A stretch of 64,000 nucleotides of DNA from NCBI GenBank assembly GCA_963793305.1, contig CAWBZV010000005.1:704001-768000 (forward strand). Direction: 5' to 3'. The notes below the pieces were generated by a model. That model made no database searches. It saw nothing but the letters and a program-made list of their open reading frames with translations, and was not told the origin of the DNA. The position numbers were made by a program, and so were the translations under genes. Positions 1 to 11,260 of this stretch are shown here, in pieces (within the stretch, counting starts at the first letter, position 1; every line of letters begins with the position of its first letter). This DNA comes from an uncultured Gemmatimonadales bacterium. GTDB lineage: Bacteria; Gemmatimonadota; Gemmatimonadetes; Gemmatimonadales; Gemmatimonadaceae.

Positions 1-771
1 TCAACCGGCAGCCCCCTAGCCGATCACAGCTTCGATTACGTGTATCGAGACGTAAAAGACGATGTTTGCCTGAGCAGCATCAGCGGCGGCACCGACATCG
101 TCTCCTGCTTCGCCCTCGGCAACCCAACGTCGCCGGTCTGGCGAGGCGAGCTCCAATCACTCGGCCTCGGTATGGCCGTCCAGATCTTCGACGACCACGG
201 CCGCCCCACAGACGATGCCGGCGAGCTCGTCTGCACGATGCCGTTTCCCAGCATGCCGGTCGCATTCTGGAACGACCCCGGTGGCGCCCGCTACCGGGCC
301 GCCTACTTCGAGCGCTTCAATGGCGTCTGGCGCCACGGCGACTGGGCACGCAAGACCGGACACGGCGGCCTCGTGATCTACGGCCGGAGCGACACAACAC
401 TCAACCCCGGCGGCGTGCGCATTGGCACAGCCGAGATCTACCGTCAGGTCGAGCAACTACCCGAGATCCTGGAAAGCGTCGTCGTCGGCCAAGAGATCGA
501 CGGCGATGTCCGCATCGTCCTCTTCGTACGCCTCGCACCGGGCGCAGTGCTGGACGACGCTCTCCGCGATCGCATCAAGCGATCGATCCGGCAAAATGCC
601 AGTCCGCACCACGTGCCACAGGTGATATGCGCAGTACCAGACATTCCCCGGACCGTAAGCGGAAAAATCGCCGAGATGGCCGTGCGAGACGTGCTCCACG
701 GGCGGCCTGTCAAGAATGTCGACGCACTCGCCAACCCTGAGTCACTGAAGGACTTTCGATTAGATTCCTGA
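1..771 (+). CDS. Acetoacetate--CoA ligase (acetoacetyl-CoA synthetase), 5'-truncated by the window edge
   Basis: Frame is open from base 1 ([15 protein letters not shown]). AMP-binding family motifs [38 protein letters not shown] and PRTVSGK are typical of acetoacetyl-CoA synthetases. Adjacent to hppD/hmgA. Confidence 0.85.
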   Translation, partial: STGSPLADHSFDYVYRDVKDDVCLSSISGGTDIVSCFALGNPTSPVWRGELQSLGLGMAVQIFDDHGRPTDDAGELVCTMPFPSMPVAFWNDPGGARYRAAYFERFNGVWRHGDWARKTGHGGLVIYGRSDTTLNPGGVRIGTAEIYRQVEQLPEILESVVVGQEIDGDVRIVLFVRLAPGAVLDDALRDRIKRSIRQNASPHHVPQVICAVPDIPRTVSGKIAEMAVRDVLHGRPVKNVDALANPESLKDFRLDS

Positions 772-772
772 C

Positions 773-1894
773 ATGGCCACGCAGACGAAACCGACGCCCA
801 CGCCGACGGATACGTTCCCGATCAACGGAACCGACTATATCGAGTTCTACGTCGGCAACGCCAAGCAATCATCGATCTACTATCGCACCACATTCGGGTT
901 CCGGCTGACCGCCTATCGCGGCCCGGAAACGGGCACGCGAGATCGCGCGAGCTACGTGCTCGAGCAGAACAAGGTCCGCCTGGTCCTGACCTCGCCACTC
1001 CGCCCCGAGGGGTTCATCGCCGACCACGTCGCGCGCCACGGCGACGGCGTGCGCGACCTGGCGCTGTGGGTCGATGATGCCACGGACGCATACCAGAAGG
1101 CCGTCGAGCGCGGCGCAACGTCGGTCCAGGAACCCACCCGGTCCTCCGACGACCACGGCGAAATCGTCACCGCCGCAATCCAGACCTACGGCGAAACGAT
1201 CCACTCACTCGTCGAGCGGAAGAACTATCGCGGCCAATTCATGCCGGGTTTCGTCCCGGTCGAATCCCGCTACGCTCCGCCGCCAGTCGGCTTCCAGTAC
1301 GTCGACCATTGCGTCGGCAACGTGGAGCTCGGCGCGATGAACAAGTGGGTCGCTTTCTATGAGAAGGTGCTCGGCTTCTACAATCTGATCTCGTTCGACG
1401 ACAAGGCGATCTCGACCGAGTACTCGGCCTTGATGTCGAAAGTCGTGTCGAACGGCAACGGTCGCATCAAGTTCCCGCTGAACGAGCCAGCCCAAGGTCG
1501 CCGGAAATCCCAGATCGATGAGTATCTCGAGTTCTACAAGGGCCCAGGTGTCCAACACATCGCGATCGCAACAGACGACATCGTTGCCACAGTCCGAGCG
1601 ATGAGAGACCGGGGCGTAGAGTTCTTGCGGGTGCCGACCACGTACTACGACACGGTCCTCGACCGCGTCGGCCATATCGACGAGGACCTCGCACCGCTAC
1701 GCGACCTCGGCATCCTGGTCGACCGCGATGACGAAGGGTACCTACTGCAAATCTTCACGAAGCCAGTAGAAGATCGTCCTACGGTCTTCTATGAGGTCAT
1801 CCAGCGCAAAGGCGCCAAATCATTCGGCGCCGGCAACTTCAAGGCGCTGTTCGAGGCGATCGAGCGCGAGCAAGCCCTGCGAGGGAACCTCTGA
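773..1894 (+). CDS. hppD: 4-hydroxyphenylpyruvate dioxygenase
   Basis: Motifs DHCVGNV, KSQIDEYL, GPGVQHIA, YLLQIFTKP and EVIQRKGAKSFGAGNFKALFEAIEREQ. Confidence 0.96.
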   Translation: MATQTKPTPTPTDTFPINGTDYIEFYVGNAKQSSIYYRTTFGFRLTAYRGPETGTRDRASYVLEQNKVRLVLTSPLRPEGFIADHVARHGDGVRDLALWVDDATDAYQKAVERGATSVQEPTRSSDDHGEIVTAAIQTYGETIHSLVERKNYRGQFMPGFVPVESRYAPPPVGFQYVDHCVGNVELGAMNKWVAFYEKVLGFYNLISFDDKAISTEYSALMSKVVSNGNGRIKFPLNEPAQGRRKSQIDEYLEFYKGPGVQHIAIATDDIVATVRAMRDRGVEFLRVPTTYYDTVLDRVGHIDEDLAPLRDLGILVDRDDEGYLLQIFTKPVEDRPTVFYEVIQRKGAKSFGAGNFKALFEAIEREQALRGNL

Positions 1895-3089
1895 TGCCGA
1901 TCTACCACACGCTCGGCCAGATCCCCCGCAAACGCCACACCGCCTTCCGCAAGCCGAACGGCGGCCTCTACGCCGAGGAGCTCATGGGGCACGAGGGCTT
2001 CGTCGGCACCTCGTCGCTCCTATACCACACGCATCCTCCGACGACCGTCAAGTCCGTGCGCCGCGTACGCGAGATCTCGTACGAACCCGACCCGGACCAG
2101 ACGCTGCGGCACCGCCATTTCCTCACGGGTCGCGTGACAAAAGGTGGCAGCCCCACACTCGATCGGATCCCGCTCCTGTTCAACGCCGACGTTGCGATGC
2201 TCTACGTCGAGCCGGACGAGCAAGACCCGCATTTCTATCGCAACGCCCAAGGCGATGAGCTGGTCTACGTCAGCAAGGGCGCCGGCACGCTGGAGAGCGT
2301 GTACGGCGACCTCCCGTATCACGAAGGCGACTATCTCGTGATTCATCGCGGGATCCTGCATCGCTACAAGCTCGACATGAGCGGCCGGACCGACGAAGCT
2401 CGTCGATCATCGAATCGCGCGGTCATATCCGCTGGCCCAAGCGCTATCGCAACGACGTCGGCCAGCTGATCGAGGGTGCGCCGTATTCCGAGCGAGATAT
2501 CCGACGGCCCGAGACGCTGCGATCGCACGACGAGATGGGCGATTTTCGCCTGCTGGTCAAGCAATACAACGGCATCAACGAGTTGATCCTCGATCACCAC
2601 CCGTTCGATGTCGTCGGCTGGGATGGGTATTTCTATCCCTGGGCCTTCAACATCATGGACTTCGAGCCGATCGTCGGCCGCGTCCATCAACCGCCCCCGG
2701 TCCACCAGACGTTCCAGGGCGATGGCTTTGTGGTCTGCTCGTTCTGTCCACGCCCGTTTGACTTCGATCCGAACGCCGTCCCAGCCCCGTACAATCACAG
2801 CAACGTCGACTCCGACGAGGTGCTGTACTACGCGTCGAGCGAGTTCATGAGCCGGAAGGGCATTGAGTTTGGGAGCGTCACCCATCACCCGGACGGGATT
2901 CCCCACGGCCCACATCCGGGACGTGCCGAGGCGAGCATTGGCGCCAAGTACACGAACGAGCTCGCCGTCATGATGGACTCGTTTCGTCCCCTGAAGGTGG
3001 CAAAGGCCGCGATCCCGATCGAGGATCCGAACTATCACCGTTCCTGGATCGAAGCCCAACACGCCGGATTCAACCCGCCGACAACGTGA
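1894..3089 (+). CDS. hmgA: Homogentisate 1,2-dioxygenase (two apparent +1 insertions near 2383 and 2405)
   Basis: N-part: IPRKRHTAF, EELMGHEGF, YRNAQGDEL. C-part: HHPFDVVGWDG, HQPPPVHQTF, PYNHSNVDSDEVLYY, HHPDGIPHGPHPG. Removing two bases restores ...KLVIIESRGHIRWPKRYRNDVGQL... TGATG coupling to hppD. Confidence 0.9.
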
Positions 3090-4399
3090 GAGTGGTCGTC
3101 GCGGCCCTCGCCGCGCTGTGCACAACCGCCGGGGCCCAGATGCCCAGGTTGGCCATCGAACGCTATACGCTCCCCAACGGTCTCACGGTCGTCCTTCAGC
3201 CCGACCACTCGGCCCCCGTCGTCGCCGTCCGCATCGAGTACCATGTCGGCTCGGCCGATGAGCGCCCCGGCCGGACGGGCTTCGCCCACTTGTTCGAGCA
3301 CATCATGTTCATGGGCTCCGAGCACGTACCCCTGGGCAAGTTCGACCAGTGGCTCGAAGCGGCCGGCGCCAACAACAACGCCTACACGACCCACGACGTC
3401 ACGAGCTTCTACGAGTGGATGCCGTCGAACGCGCTCCCGCTCGCCCTGTGGCTCGACGCCGACCGCATGGGTTGGCTCCTGCCGACGATGACGCTCGCGC
3501 GCGTCGACGTGCAGCGCGACGTCGTGAAGAACGAGCGACGCCAGCGCATCGACAACGCGCCATACGGTCGCGCCAACGAGACCATTCTGGCCGCGCTCTA
3601 CCCGTCGGCCGATCCGTACTCCTGGTCTGTGATCGGCTCGATGACAGACTTGTCGGCGGCATCACTCGGCGACGTGCAAACATTCTTCAAGACCTATTAC
3701 GCGCCGAACAACGCGACCCTTGTCGTCGTCGGTGACTTCGCGCCGGATTCGGCGAAACATTGGATCGCCGCTGATTTCGGATCGATCCCACGCGGCTCCG
3801 TGGTGCCCACTCGCCCGACCGTCGCGCCGTTCGCGCTTGCGCATGACACGACGCTGACCCTCCAGGACCGCGTCCAACTGCCGCGCGTGTACTACGCATG
3901 GCACGGCGTCAAGGTCTACAGCCCGGACGATGCGGCGCTCGATCTCCTCGCCTATATCTTGGCCGGCGACAACGCGTCGCGCCTCTACACGACGCTGGTG
4001 CACGACCGCCAACTCGCACAGGACGTCGGTGCACAAAACCAAGACTTTCGTCTCGAGGGCCTGTTCACGATCGTCGTCACCCCGAAACCGAATATTTCAA
4101 CCAACGCCGTGGACTCGGTACTGCAAGCCGAGCTGTCGCGAGTCGTCGACAGTGGCGTAACAGATGCCGAGCTGACGCGCGCCAGAAATGTCCAGCGTAC
4201 GGCGATGCTCGACCGACTGGCGGGCGTCACTGAGCGCTCCGATCAGCTGGCCTTCTACGATTATGTCGTTGGCACCCCGGACTACGTCTCGCAGGATCTC
4301 GAACGCTACGAGCACGTCACGCTCGCGGATATCCAGCGCGTCGCTCGCACGTACATTGGCGCTCATAAAGTGATGCTCACCGTGGTCCCGCAAGCATGA
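3086..4399 (+). CDS. M16 family zinc metallopeptidase, catalytic subunit, with signal peptide
   Basis: Inverted zinc motif HLFEH in GRTGFAHLFEHIMF; YTLPNGL, NAYTT, VVKNERRQR, YYAPNNATLVVVGDF. Confidence 0.92.
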   Translation: MRVVVAALAALCTTAGAQMPRLAIERYTLPNGLTVVLQPDHSAPVVAVRIEYHVGSADERPGRTGFAHLFEHIMFMGSEHVPLGKFDQWLEAAGANNNAYTTHDVTSFYEWMPSNALPLALWLDADRMGWLLPTMTLARVDVQRDVVKNERRQRIDNAPYGRANETILAALYPSADPYSWSVIGSMTDLSAASLGDVQTFFKTYYAPNNATLVVVGDFAPDSAKHWIAADFGSIPRGSVVPTRPTVAPFALAHDTTLTLQDRVQLPRVYYAWHGVKVYSPDDAALDLLAYILAGDNASRLYTTLVHDRQLAQDVGAQNQDFRLEGLFTIVVTPKPNISTNAVDSVLQAELSRVVDSGVTDAELTRARNVQRTAMLDRLAGVTERSDQLAFYDYVVGTPDYVSQDLERYEHVTLADIQRVARTYIGAHKVMLTVVPQA

Positions 4400-5835
4400 A
4401 ACGTCTGCCACTCCTGGTGGTATTGGCCGCGGCGACCGCACATGCGCAGGCCACCGCGCCCGCGGGCCGGACCACGCCGCCAACGCTCGGTCCGCCGCCA
4501 AAGATCTCGCTCCCGCCGATTCACGAGCGGAACCTCCCAAACGGGATGCGACTCCTGGTCGTTGAACGCCACGAGATTCCGCTCGTCGACGCCGTTCTGG
4601 TGCTTGGCACGGGCCCGGAAGCCGACCCCACGGGCAAGCCGGGCGTCGCCACACTGGTCGCGAGCATGCTCACGCGCGGCACGCCGACGCGATCCGCCGC
4701 GGACATTGCCGCGCAGACCGCGACCCTCGGGGCGTCGCTGGACGCCGGATCCTCGTGGGATCACACGGTGGTGTCGCTGCACGTTCCGACCGCGACGCTG
4801 GACAGCGCCTGGTCGCTCTTCGCCGACGTCGTGTTGCACTCCGCGTTCCCGGACTCCGAGTTCGTGCGCGTCAAGCGTGAACGCCTCACCGATCTCGTCG
4901 AGCTCTCGGACCGCGCCCCGGAAGTGGCCGACCGCGCGCTCGCGACGATCCTCTTCGGCCCCGACCACCCCTACGGCCGTCCATCGCTCGGTAGCGAACA
5001 GTCGGTCAACGCGATCACGACCAGCGACGTCCGCGGCTTCTACGACGCGACATTCACCGCCGGGAACGCGACGTTGATCGTCGTCGGCGATGTCACCGTC
5101 GACGGGGTCGACGCCAAAGCCAAGGAGTTATTCGGCGGCTGGAAGCGCGGCTCCCCCAACGCGGATCCCGTCCCCTGGCCGTCTCCGCCGGCCCTGGCTC
5201 CGACCACGATCTACGTGATCGACAAGCACGACGCGCCGCAATCGTCGATTCGCATCGGCTCGGTCGCGGTCGCGCGGTCGACGCCCGACTACTTCTCGAT
5301 CGACGTGATGAACACGATCTTGGGCGGCGCGTTCACCAGCCGGCTGAACGAGAACCTGCGCGAAACGCACGCCTATACGTACGGCGCATTCTCGGGGTTC
5401 GGCATGCGGCGCAACCCGGGTCCGTTCCTCGCCGAGGCCGAAGTGGTGGCGACGAAAACGGATTCGTCGCTGTTGCAGTTCATGCACGAGCTCACTGCGA
5501 TTCGCGACACCGTGCCAATGACCGAGTTGCGGAAAGCGAAGCGCTATCTGGAGCTGCAGCTGCCCGGCGAGCTCGAAACGTCGCGCGACATCGCCGGGCA
5601 ACTGGTAAGCGTCGCCGTCTATCATTTGCCGCTCGACTTCTATAACACGTACCAGGCGCACATCGCCGCGGTCACCCGTGCCGATGTCCAGCGCGTCGCG
5701 CGGGCCTATGTCGACCCCACGCACGTGGTCGTCGTCGTCGTCGGCGACCGCGCCGCGATCGAGGCGTCGCTTCGTGCGACGCACGTCGGCCCCGTGCAGG
5801 ATCGGAATCTCGACGGACTCCCCACTACCCAGTGA
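4396..5835 (+). CDS. M16 family peptidase, non-catalytic partner subunit
   Basis: LPNGMRLLVVERHEIPLV and ILGGAFTSRLNENLRETHAYTYGA; no HxxEH; ATGA overlap with the previous gene. Confidence 0.88.
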   Translation: MKRLPLLVVLAAATAHAQATAPAGRTTPPTLGPPPKISLPPIHERNLPNGMRLLVVERHEIPLVDAVLVLGTGPEADPTGKPGVATLVASMLTRGTPTRSAADIAAQTATLGASLDAGSSWDHTVVSLHVPTATLDSAWSLFADVVLHSAFPDSEFVRVKRERLTDLVELSDRAPEVADRALATILFGPDHPYGRPSLGSEQSVNAITTSDVRGFYDATFTAGNATLIVVGDVTVDGVDAKAKELFGGWKRGSPNADPVPWPSPPALAPTTIYVIDKHDAPQSSIRIGSVAVARSTPDYFSIDVMNTILGGAFTSRLNENLRETHAYTYGAFSGFGMRRNPGPFLAEAEVVATKTDSSLLQFMHELTAIRDTVPMTELRKAKRYLELQLPGELETSRDIAGQLVSVAVYHLPLDFYNTYQAHIAAVTRADVQRVARAYVDPTHVVVVVVGDRAAIEASLRATHVGPVQDRNLDGLPTTQ

Positions 5836-5836
5836 T

Positions 5837-7901
5837 ATGCGCGCTCTGCGACTGCTGGCTCTCGGCACTTCGGCGCTCCTGTCCCTCGCCCTGACGAGCG
5901 ATCAGCATCCGATAACGTTCGACGAGTTCGCCGCGGTCGGCGCGGTCTCCGAGCCGCAGATCTCGCCCGATGGCCACACGGTGCTGTACACAGTCACCAC
6001 GGCTGACCTCTCGACGAATAAGCGCGCCTCCGTCACCTGGCACGTCGCCTCATCCGGTGGCTCCGCGCGCCGATTTCCTGACGATACGACAAAGGCAACC
6101 GAGGCGCGCTGGTCACCCGATGGCCGACGCGTGGCGTATATCGCGGGTGGCCAACTCTGGATCGCCAGCGCCGAAGGCGCCGCGCGCAATCAAGTCACCA
6201 GGTTGACGGGCGAAGCCACGGGTCCGAAGTGGTCGCCAGACGGCGCCAAGATCGCGTTCACCTCGCGTGTCTATCCGACGTGCATGGATGACGCATGCAA
6301 CGCCAAGACGGCGAAAGCAAGCGATGCCAACCCGGTCAAAGCGCACATCGCCGATCACTTGCTCTATCGCCATTGGAACGCCTGGGACGACGGCACGCGA
6401 GCCCATCTCTTCGTCATATCCCCGGACGGTGGCACGCCGACGGATCTCACGCCGGGCGCTCCATATGATGTCCCGCCTGGCCCGTTTGGCGGAAGCGAAG
6501 GCTACGCCTTCTCACCCGATGGCAAAGAGCTCGCGTTCAGCGCCAAAGACCAGGGCGCATCGGATGCCTGGTCAACCAACGTCGACGTGTACACGGTCCC
6601 GGTGACGGGCGGCCAGATCACCGACATCACGCGCGACAACCACGGCGCCGACGACAACCCGGTGTACTCGCCGGATGGTCGCTCCATCGCCTATCAATCA
6701 CAGGCCCGCGCGGGATTCGAGTCCGACCGCTGGCGCCTCATGCTCTACAACCGCCAGACCAATCACGCCGCCGAACTGCTCCCGTCGTGGGATCGCAACG
6801 CCGACGCCTACGAGTTCACGCCGGACAGCGCGTTAGTGATCGGCACGGTCGACAAGAGCCGAACCAAGATCTATCGCGTCCCCGTGACTGGCGGTACGCC
6901 GACGCTGCTCGTGGCGGATCACAACAACGCCGCATTCACGTTGTCGTCAGACGGCCACACGATGGCTTGGGTGCGCGACGCCGCCGATCATCCGGCCGAG
7001 GTCTATGTCGGGTCGTTGGGACCCCGCGGCATGGCGCAAGTCAAGCAGGTCTCGCACGTGAATGATGCGCTGGTCGCTCGCCTCAAGGTCTACCCGTTGG
7101 AAGAGTTCTGGTACGCCGGTGCCGGCGGCGACAGCGTGCAGGGCTTCGTCTTGAAGCCGCCGCAGTGGGACCAGGCAAGGACCTTTCCGGGTGTGGTGCT
7201 GATTCACGGTGGCCCGCAAGGCGAGTGGCTCGACAACTGGCATTCCCGTTGGAACTACCGAGATGTTCGCCGCGCCGGGTTTTGGCGTGATCATCGTCAA
7301 TCCGCGCGGTTCCGCGGGCTACGGCCAGAAGTTCGTCGACGAGGTGTCGAAGGACTGGGGTGGCAAGGCGTACACCGACATCATGGACGGCGTCGACGCC
7401 GCGCTCACCCACGCCCCCTGGATCGACCGCACCCGACTCGGCGCCGCCGGCGGCTCATACGGCGGCTACATGGTGAACTGGATTGCCGGGCACACCGACA
7501 AGTTCAAGGCGCTCGTCTCTCATGCGGGCCCGTACAACCTCGAGAACATGTACGGCGCCACGGAGGAAGTCTGGTTCCCCGAGTGGGAATACGGCGGGCC
7601 GTTCTGGGATTCGACGGCGATGGCCACGCAGTATCGCACGTATTCGCCGCACCTGTACGCGAAGAACTTCAAGACGCCGACGCTCGTGCTCCACGGGGAG
7701 CGCGACTATCGCGTGCCGTATACCGAAGGGCTCTCGATGTTCACGGCGCTGCAACGCCAGGGCGTTCCCAGCCGTCTCGTGGTCTTCCCCGACGAGGGGC
7801 ACTGGATCGGCAAGCCGCAGAACCAGCGGCTCTGGTGGTCGGAGGTGCAGGGCTGGTTGACCAAGTACTTGTCACCCCCGACCACGAAAGCGAGTCGCTA
7901 G
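5837..7901 (+). CDS. S9 family (acylaminoacyl/dipeptidyl) peptidase with TolB-like beta-propeller (+1 frameshift near 7259)
   Basis: Signal peptide MRALRLLALG; repeated W/F-SPDG units; IHGGPQG. After the frame change: NPRGSAGYG, nucleophile GGSYGG, HGERDYRV, FPDEGHW. Confidence 0.9.
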
Positions 7902-9280
7902 ACGATCGCCAGTTGCCGGAGCGCGCCCGGCGTCGTTGCCGCGACCTCTTTGAACGTATCGTCGAGGCGGCTCACAACCTCTTCGAGCAGCGGCTGCGGG
8001 ATATTGAGCGCCGGCTCGAGGCGAATAGTCTGTGCCTTCGAGTACGTACCAGCGACGAGTACGCCGCGCTTGAATAATCCCGATGCAACCTTCCACCCGA
8101 TCTCTTGGGTCGGAAACTCCATCCCGATAAGCAATCCCTTGCCGGTCGCCTCTTTCAGCACACCGGGATACTTCGCGCGAAGGATGTGGAGTTGTCGCAG
8201 CACATAGTCGCCCTTCGCGGCAGCTTGACCCGGTAGGTCCTCGTCGAGCGTGACGGTGATCGCGGCAATGCCCGCGGCGCACGCGATGGGATTGCCACCG
8301 AACGTCGTCGAGTGGATGATCGGATTCGGGATCATGACTTCCCAAATCTTCGCCGTCGACACGAACGCCGAGAGCGGCATGACGCCGCCGCCGAGGGCCT
8401 TGCCGAGGCACATGATGTCGGGCACGACGCCCCAGTGGTCGAGACCCCAGAGCTTGCCCGTTCGCCCCATGCCGGTCTGCACTTCGTCGGCGATGAATAG
8501 CGCGCCGTACCGGTCGCAGATCTCGCGCACTCTCGGGAAGTAATCGTCGGGCGGCACGACGCCGCCGGCCTCGCCCTGCACGGGCTCCAAGACGACACCG
8601 GCTACGCCCACCCCGATCGCGTCCAGCCGCTCGAACTCAGTCGCCAGCGCATCCGCGTCGCCATACGGGACGAATCGCACATCCTGCATGCCGCTCTGAA
8701 ACGGTGCGCGGAACGATGCTTTTCCCATGAGCGACAGCGATCCGAGCGATTTGCCGTGAAATCCCGACAGTGCGGCGATAAACGTAGACCGCTTCGTGTA
8801 TAAGCGGGTCAGCTTGAGTGCACCTTCGATGGCGTCGGTGCCGTTGTTGATGAAGAATGAATTCTGCAGGTCACCCGGCGTGATTTCCGCGACCAACCGG
8901 GCCAAGGCTCCGCGCCACGGCTCCAACAGCTCCTGGCTGTTGAGCGCCATCCTGGGGAGCTGGGTGCTGACGGCCGCGACGATGCGCGGGTGGTTGATGC
9001 CGGCGGAGAAGATGCCGTAGCCGCCGAGGCAGTCGATGTATTCTCGACCGAGTATGTCTTTCAGGATCGAGCCCTGGCCCGACCACTCGAGGGCGGCATA
9101 CTGGCCGGCCTCGGTTACCGACTTGCGATAGCTGATGAAGCCGCGGTTGTAGTACTCCGCGTAGTTCTGCACGGTCTCGGTGATGAGCGCGTGCGACTCG
9201 TCCAGCGTCAGGTTGGTGGCCGACAGCAGGTTGAGGTAGTGCTCAGCGTGCTGTAGCACCTCGGTGTTCGGCAAACGCAA
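7898..9280 (-). CDS. patA: Putrescine aminotransferase (class III PLP-dependent)
   Basis: EYIDCLGGYG, NSQELLEPWRG, FHGKSLGSLS, LEPVQGEAG, DEVQTGMGRTG, CLGKALGGGVMP, HSTTFGGNP resemble YgjG/PatA. Polyamine cluster context. Confidence 0.8.
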   Translation of the reverse strand: MRLPNTEVLQHAEHYLNLLSATNLTLDESHALITETVQNYAEYYNRGFISYRKSVTEAGQYAALEWSGQGSILKDILGREYIDCLGGYGIFSAGINHPRIVAAVSTQLPRMALNSQELLEPWRGALARLVAEITPGDLQNSFFINNGTDAIEGALKLTRLYTKRSTFIAALSGFHGKSLGSLSLMGKASFRAPFQSGMQDVRFVPYGDADALATEFERLDAIGVGVAGVVLEPVQGEAGGVVPPDDYFPRVREICDRYGALFIADEVQTGMGRTGKLWGLDHWGVVPDIMCLGKALGGGVMPLSAFVSTAKIWEVMIPNPIIHSTTFGGNPIACAAGIAAITVTLDEDLPGQAAAKGDYVLRQLHILRAKYPGVLKEATGKGLLIGMEFPTQEIGWKVASGLFKRGVLVAGTYSKAQTIRLEPALNIPQPLLEEVVSRLDDTFKEVAATTPGALRQLAIV

Positions 9281-9413
9281 TTAATCGGCGCTCCTGGTAA
9301 AGGTATGCTAGTAAGGTCGGCATACGCCCGATCGGAGCGCAAGTACAAGTGCTTCGCAGGGCACCCTGACACGACGGCGACGAGCCGCGGAGCGGCGAGG
9401 AGGTTAGTTGCAG

Positions 9414-10494
9414 TTACGCCGATTTGATCTCCGTCCAGATCTGGTCCCAGACTGCCGTATCGCGGCCGAGATCAACTTGCAACTCCAGTCGCCGCAACTC
9501 GTCGGCCGTCGGATACGGCACCGGATGCTGCATCAGCTTGAGCGCCGCCGCGTTAGGCGTACCGTAGCCCGTAAAGTCAGAGATCGTGGCCTGCACGTCG
9601 GGCCGCAGGATGTAATTCATGAACTCATGCGCCGCCCGTTTATGAGGGGCCGATCGCGGGATCACGAGCGAATCCTCCCAAATGGTGCAGCCTTCTTTCG
9701 GCACGACATACCCGATATTCGGCTGCTCGACTTTCGCCTGCGTGGCATCGCCGTTCCACAACTGCGCGATCCACACGTCCCCGGAGATGAGCTGCCCTTT
9801 GACGGGCGCCGAGATATATGCCTTGAGGTTCTTCTTGGCCGCGATCGCATCGAGCTTCGCATGAGCGAGCTCGTCCGAATCTTCCGAATTGAGGCTGTGT
9901 CCGCGATAGCGAAGCCACGAGCCGATGACATTCCCGCCCGTCGTCCATCTGCGTCATCTTGCCGCGATACCGCGCGTCCTGCAGCACGGCCCAACTATCG
10001 GGCGCGTCGACTTTGTCCGACCGGAACGCGATTCCGGTCACACCCCACTGCCACGGCACGGTGTGCGCGTTGCCGGGATCGAACGGCGGGTTCAAGAACA
10101 GGGGCGCAATGTTGCCCCAGTTCGTCAGATACTGCCGATGAATCGGCGATGCAATCCCCACCGCTTTGAGCACCGACACCGCATAGCTCGACGGAAACAC
10201 GAGGTCATACCCCGTCGCGCCGGTGAGCAACTTGGCGAGCATTTCTTCGTTGCTCTCATAGACGTCATACGTGACCTTCACCCCGAACTCCTTCTCGAAG
10301 TTCGAGATGGTGTCGGGCGCCACGTAATCCGACCAGTTGTAAATACTGAGCCGCTTCTCGATCGGCCCCAACGGCTCGGCCGCTTCAGCCGCATCCGCCG
10401 CCGTCCGCTGCTCCGGCGTCAGGGTATCCCGCAACTGCCGGCACGCGGCGAGGAGCGACCCCAGGCCGAGCGCGATCAGCTCACGCCGATTCAC
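9414..10494 (-). CDS. potD: Spermidine/putrescine ABC transporter substrate-binding protein (+1 frameshift near 9931)
   Basis: LSIYNWSDYV, FEKEFGVKVTYDVYESNEEMLAKL, GYDLVFPSSY, PWQWGVTGI. C-part: PKEGCTIWEDSLVIP, AHEFMNYILRP. Removing one base joins the two ORFs. Twin-Arg/lipobox N-terminus MNRRELIALGLGSLLAAC. Confidence 0.82.
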
Positions 10495-11260
10495 GAGTCA
10501 GTTTCTCCGCCACATACAACATGATGGATGTCCCGAGCACGATCAGCGTACTGATCGCGTTGATGCTCGGCTCGACGTTGCGCCGCACCATGCTATAGAT
10601 GATCAGTGGGAGCGTACTCGACCCCGATCCGGCGACAAACGACGTAATCACGAAGTCGTCGAATGACAAAATAAAGGTCAGCAGCGCCGCCGAGACGATA
10701 CCGGGCCAGAGCAGCGGCACGGTGACCTTCCAGAATGCCGTGATCTCGTCAGCGCCGAGCGTCATGGCGGCTTCTTCGAGCGTCTCGTCCATCCCCGCGA
10801 GCCGCGACAACACCACGACGACCACGAAGGAGATAGAGAACGCCACGTGCGCGATGACAATTGTCCCGAGTCCCAATGGGATACGCAAAAACACGAACAA
10901 GATAAGCAACGATATTCCCGTGACGATCTCGGGCGTGACGATGGGCACGTAGATGAGCCCCTCGTACAGCGTCCGCCCCCGGAACCGGTGCCGCGCCAGC
11001 GCCAGCGCGATCAGCGTGCCGAATGCGGTGGCGATCACCGTCGCCGAGACGCCGACGATAAGGCTGGCGCGAAGCGCCGCCAGAATATCCTCGCGCTCGA
11101 GCAGCCGCTGATACCAGTGGAGCGTAAACCCGGTCCAACTCACCGAGAACTTCGATGCGTTGAACGAGAAGGCCACGAGCACGAGTACGGGCAGATGCAT
11201 CAGGAACAGCACGATGGCCGTAAATGCCACGAGCCACCGGGGCATCCTATTCACGTTCAC
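10481..11260 (-). CDS. potC: Polyamine ABC transporter permease
   Basis: Hydrophobic; PVLVLVAFSFN, PEIVTGISLL, EAA loop LEEAAMTLGA, FILSFDDFVIT. Confidence 0.85.
   Translation of the reverse strand: MNVNRMPRWLVAFTAIVLFLMHLPVLVLVAFSFNASKFSVSWTGFTLHWYQRLLEREDILAALRASLIVGVSATVIATAFGTLIALALARHRFRGRTLYEGLIYVPIVTPEIVTGISLLILFVFLRIPLGLGTIVIAHVAFSISFVVVVVLSRLAGMDETLEEAAMTLGADEITAFWKVTVPLLWPGIVSAALLTFILSFDDFVITSFVAGSGSSTLPLIIYSMVRRNVEPSINAISTLIVLGTSIMLYVAEKLTRESA

Noticed and set aside
9376..9402. Short REP-like sequence gcgacgagccgcggagcggcgaggag between potD and patA
   Set aside because: Only one copy noticed in the window and no U-tract; not supportable as a repeat family or terminator.
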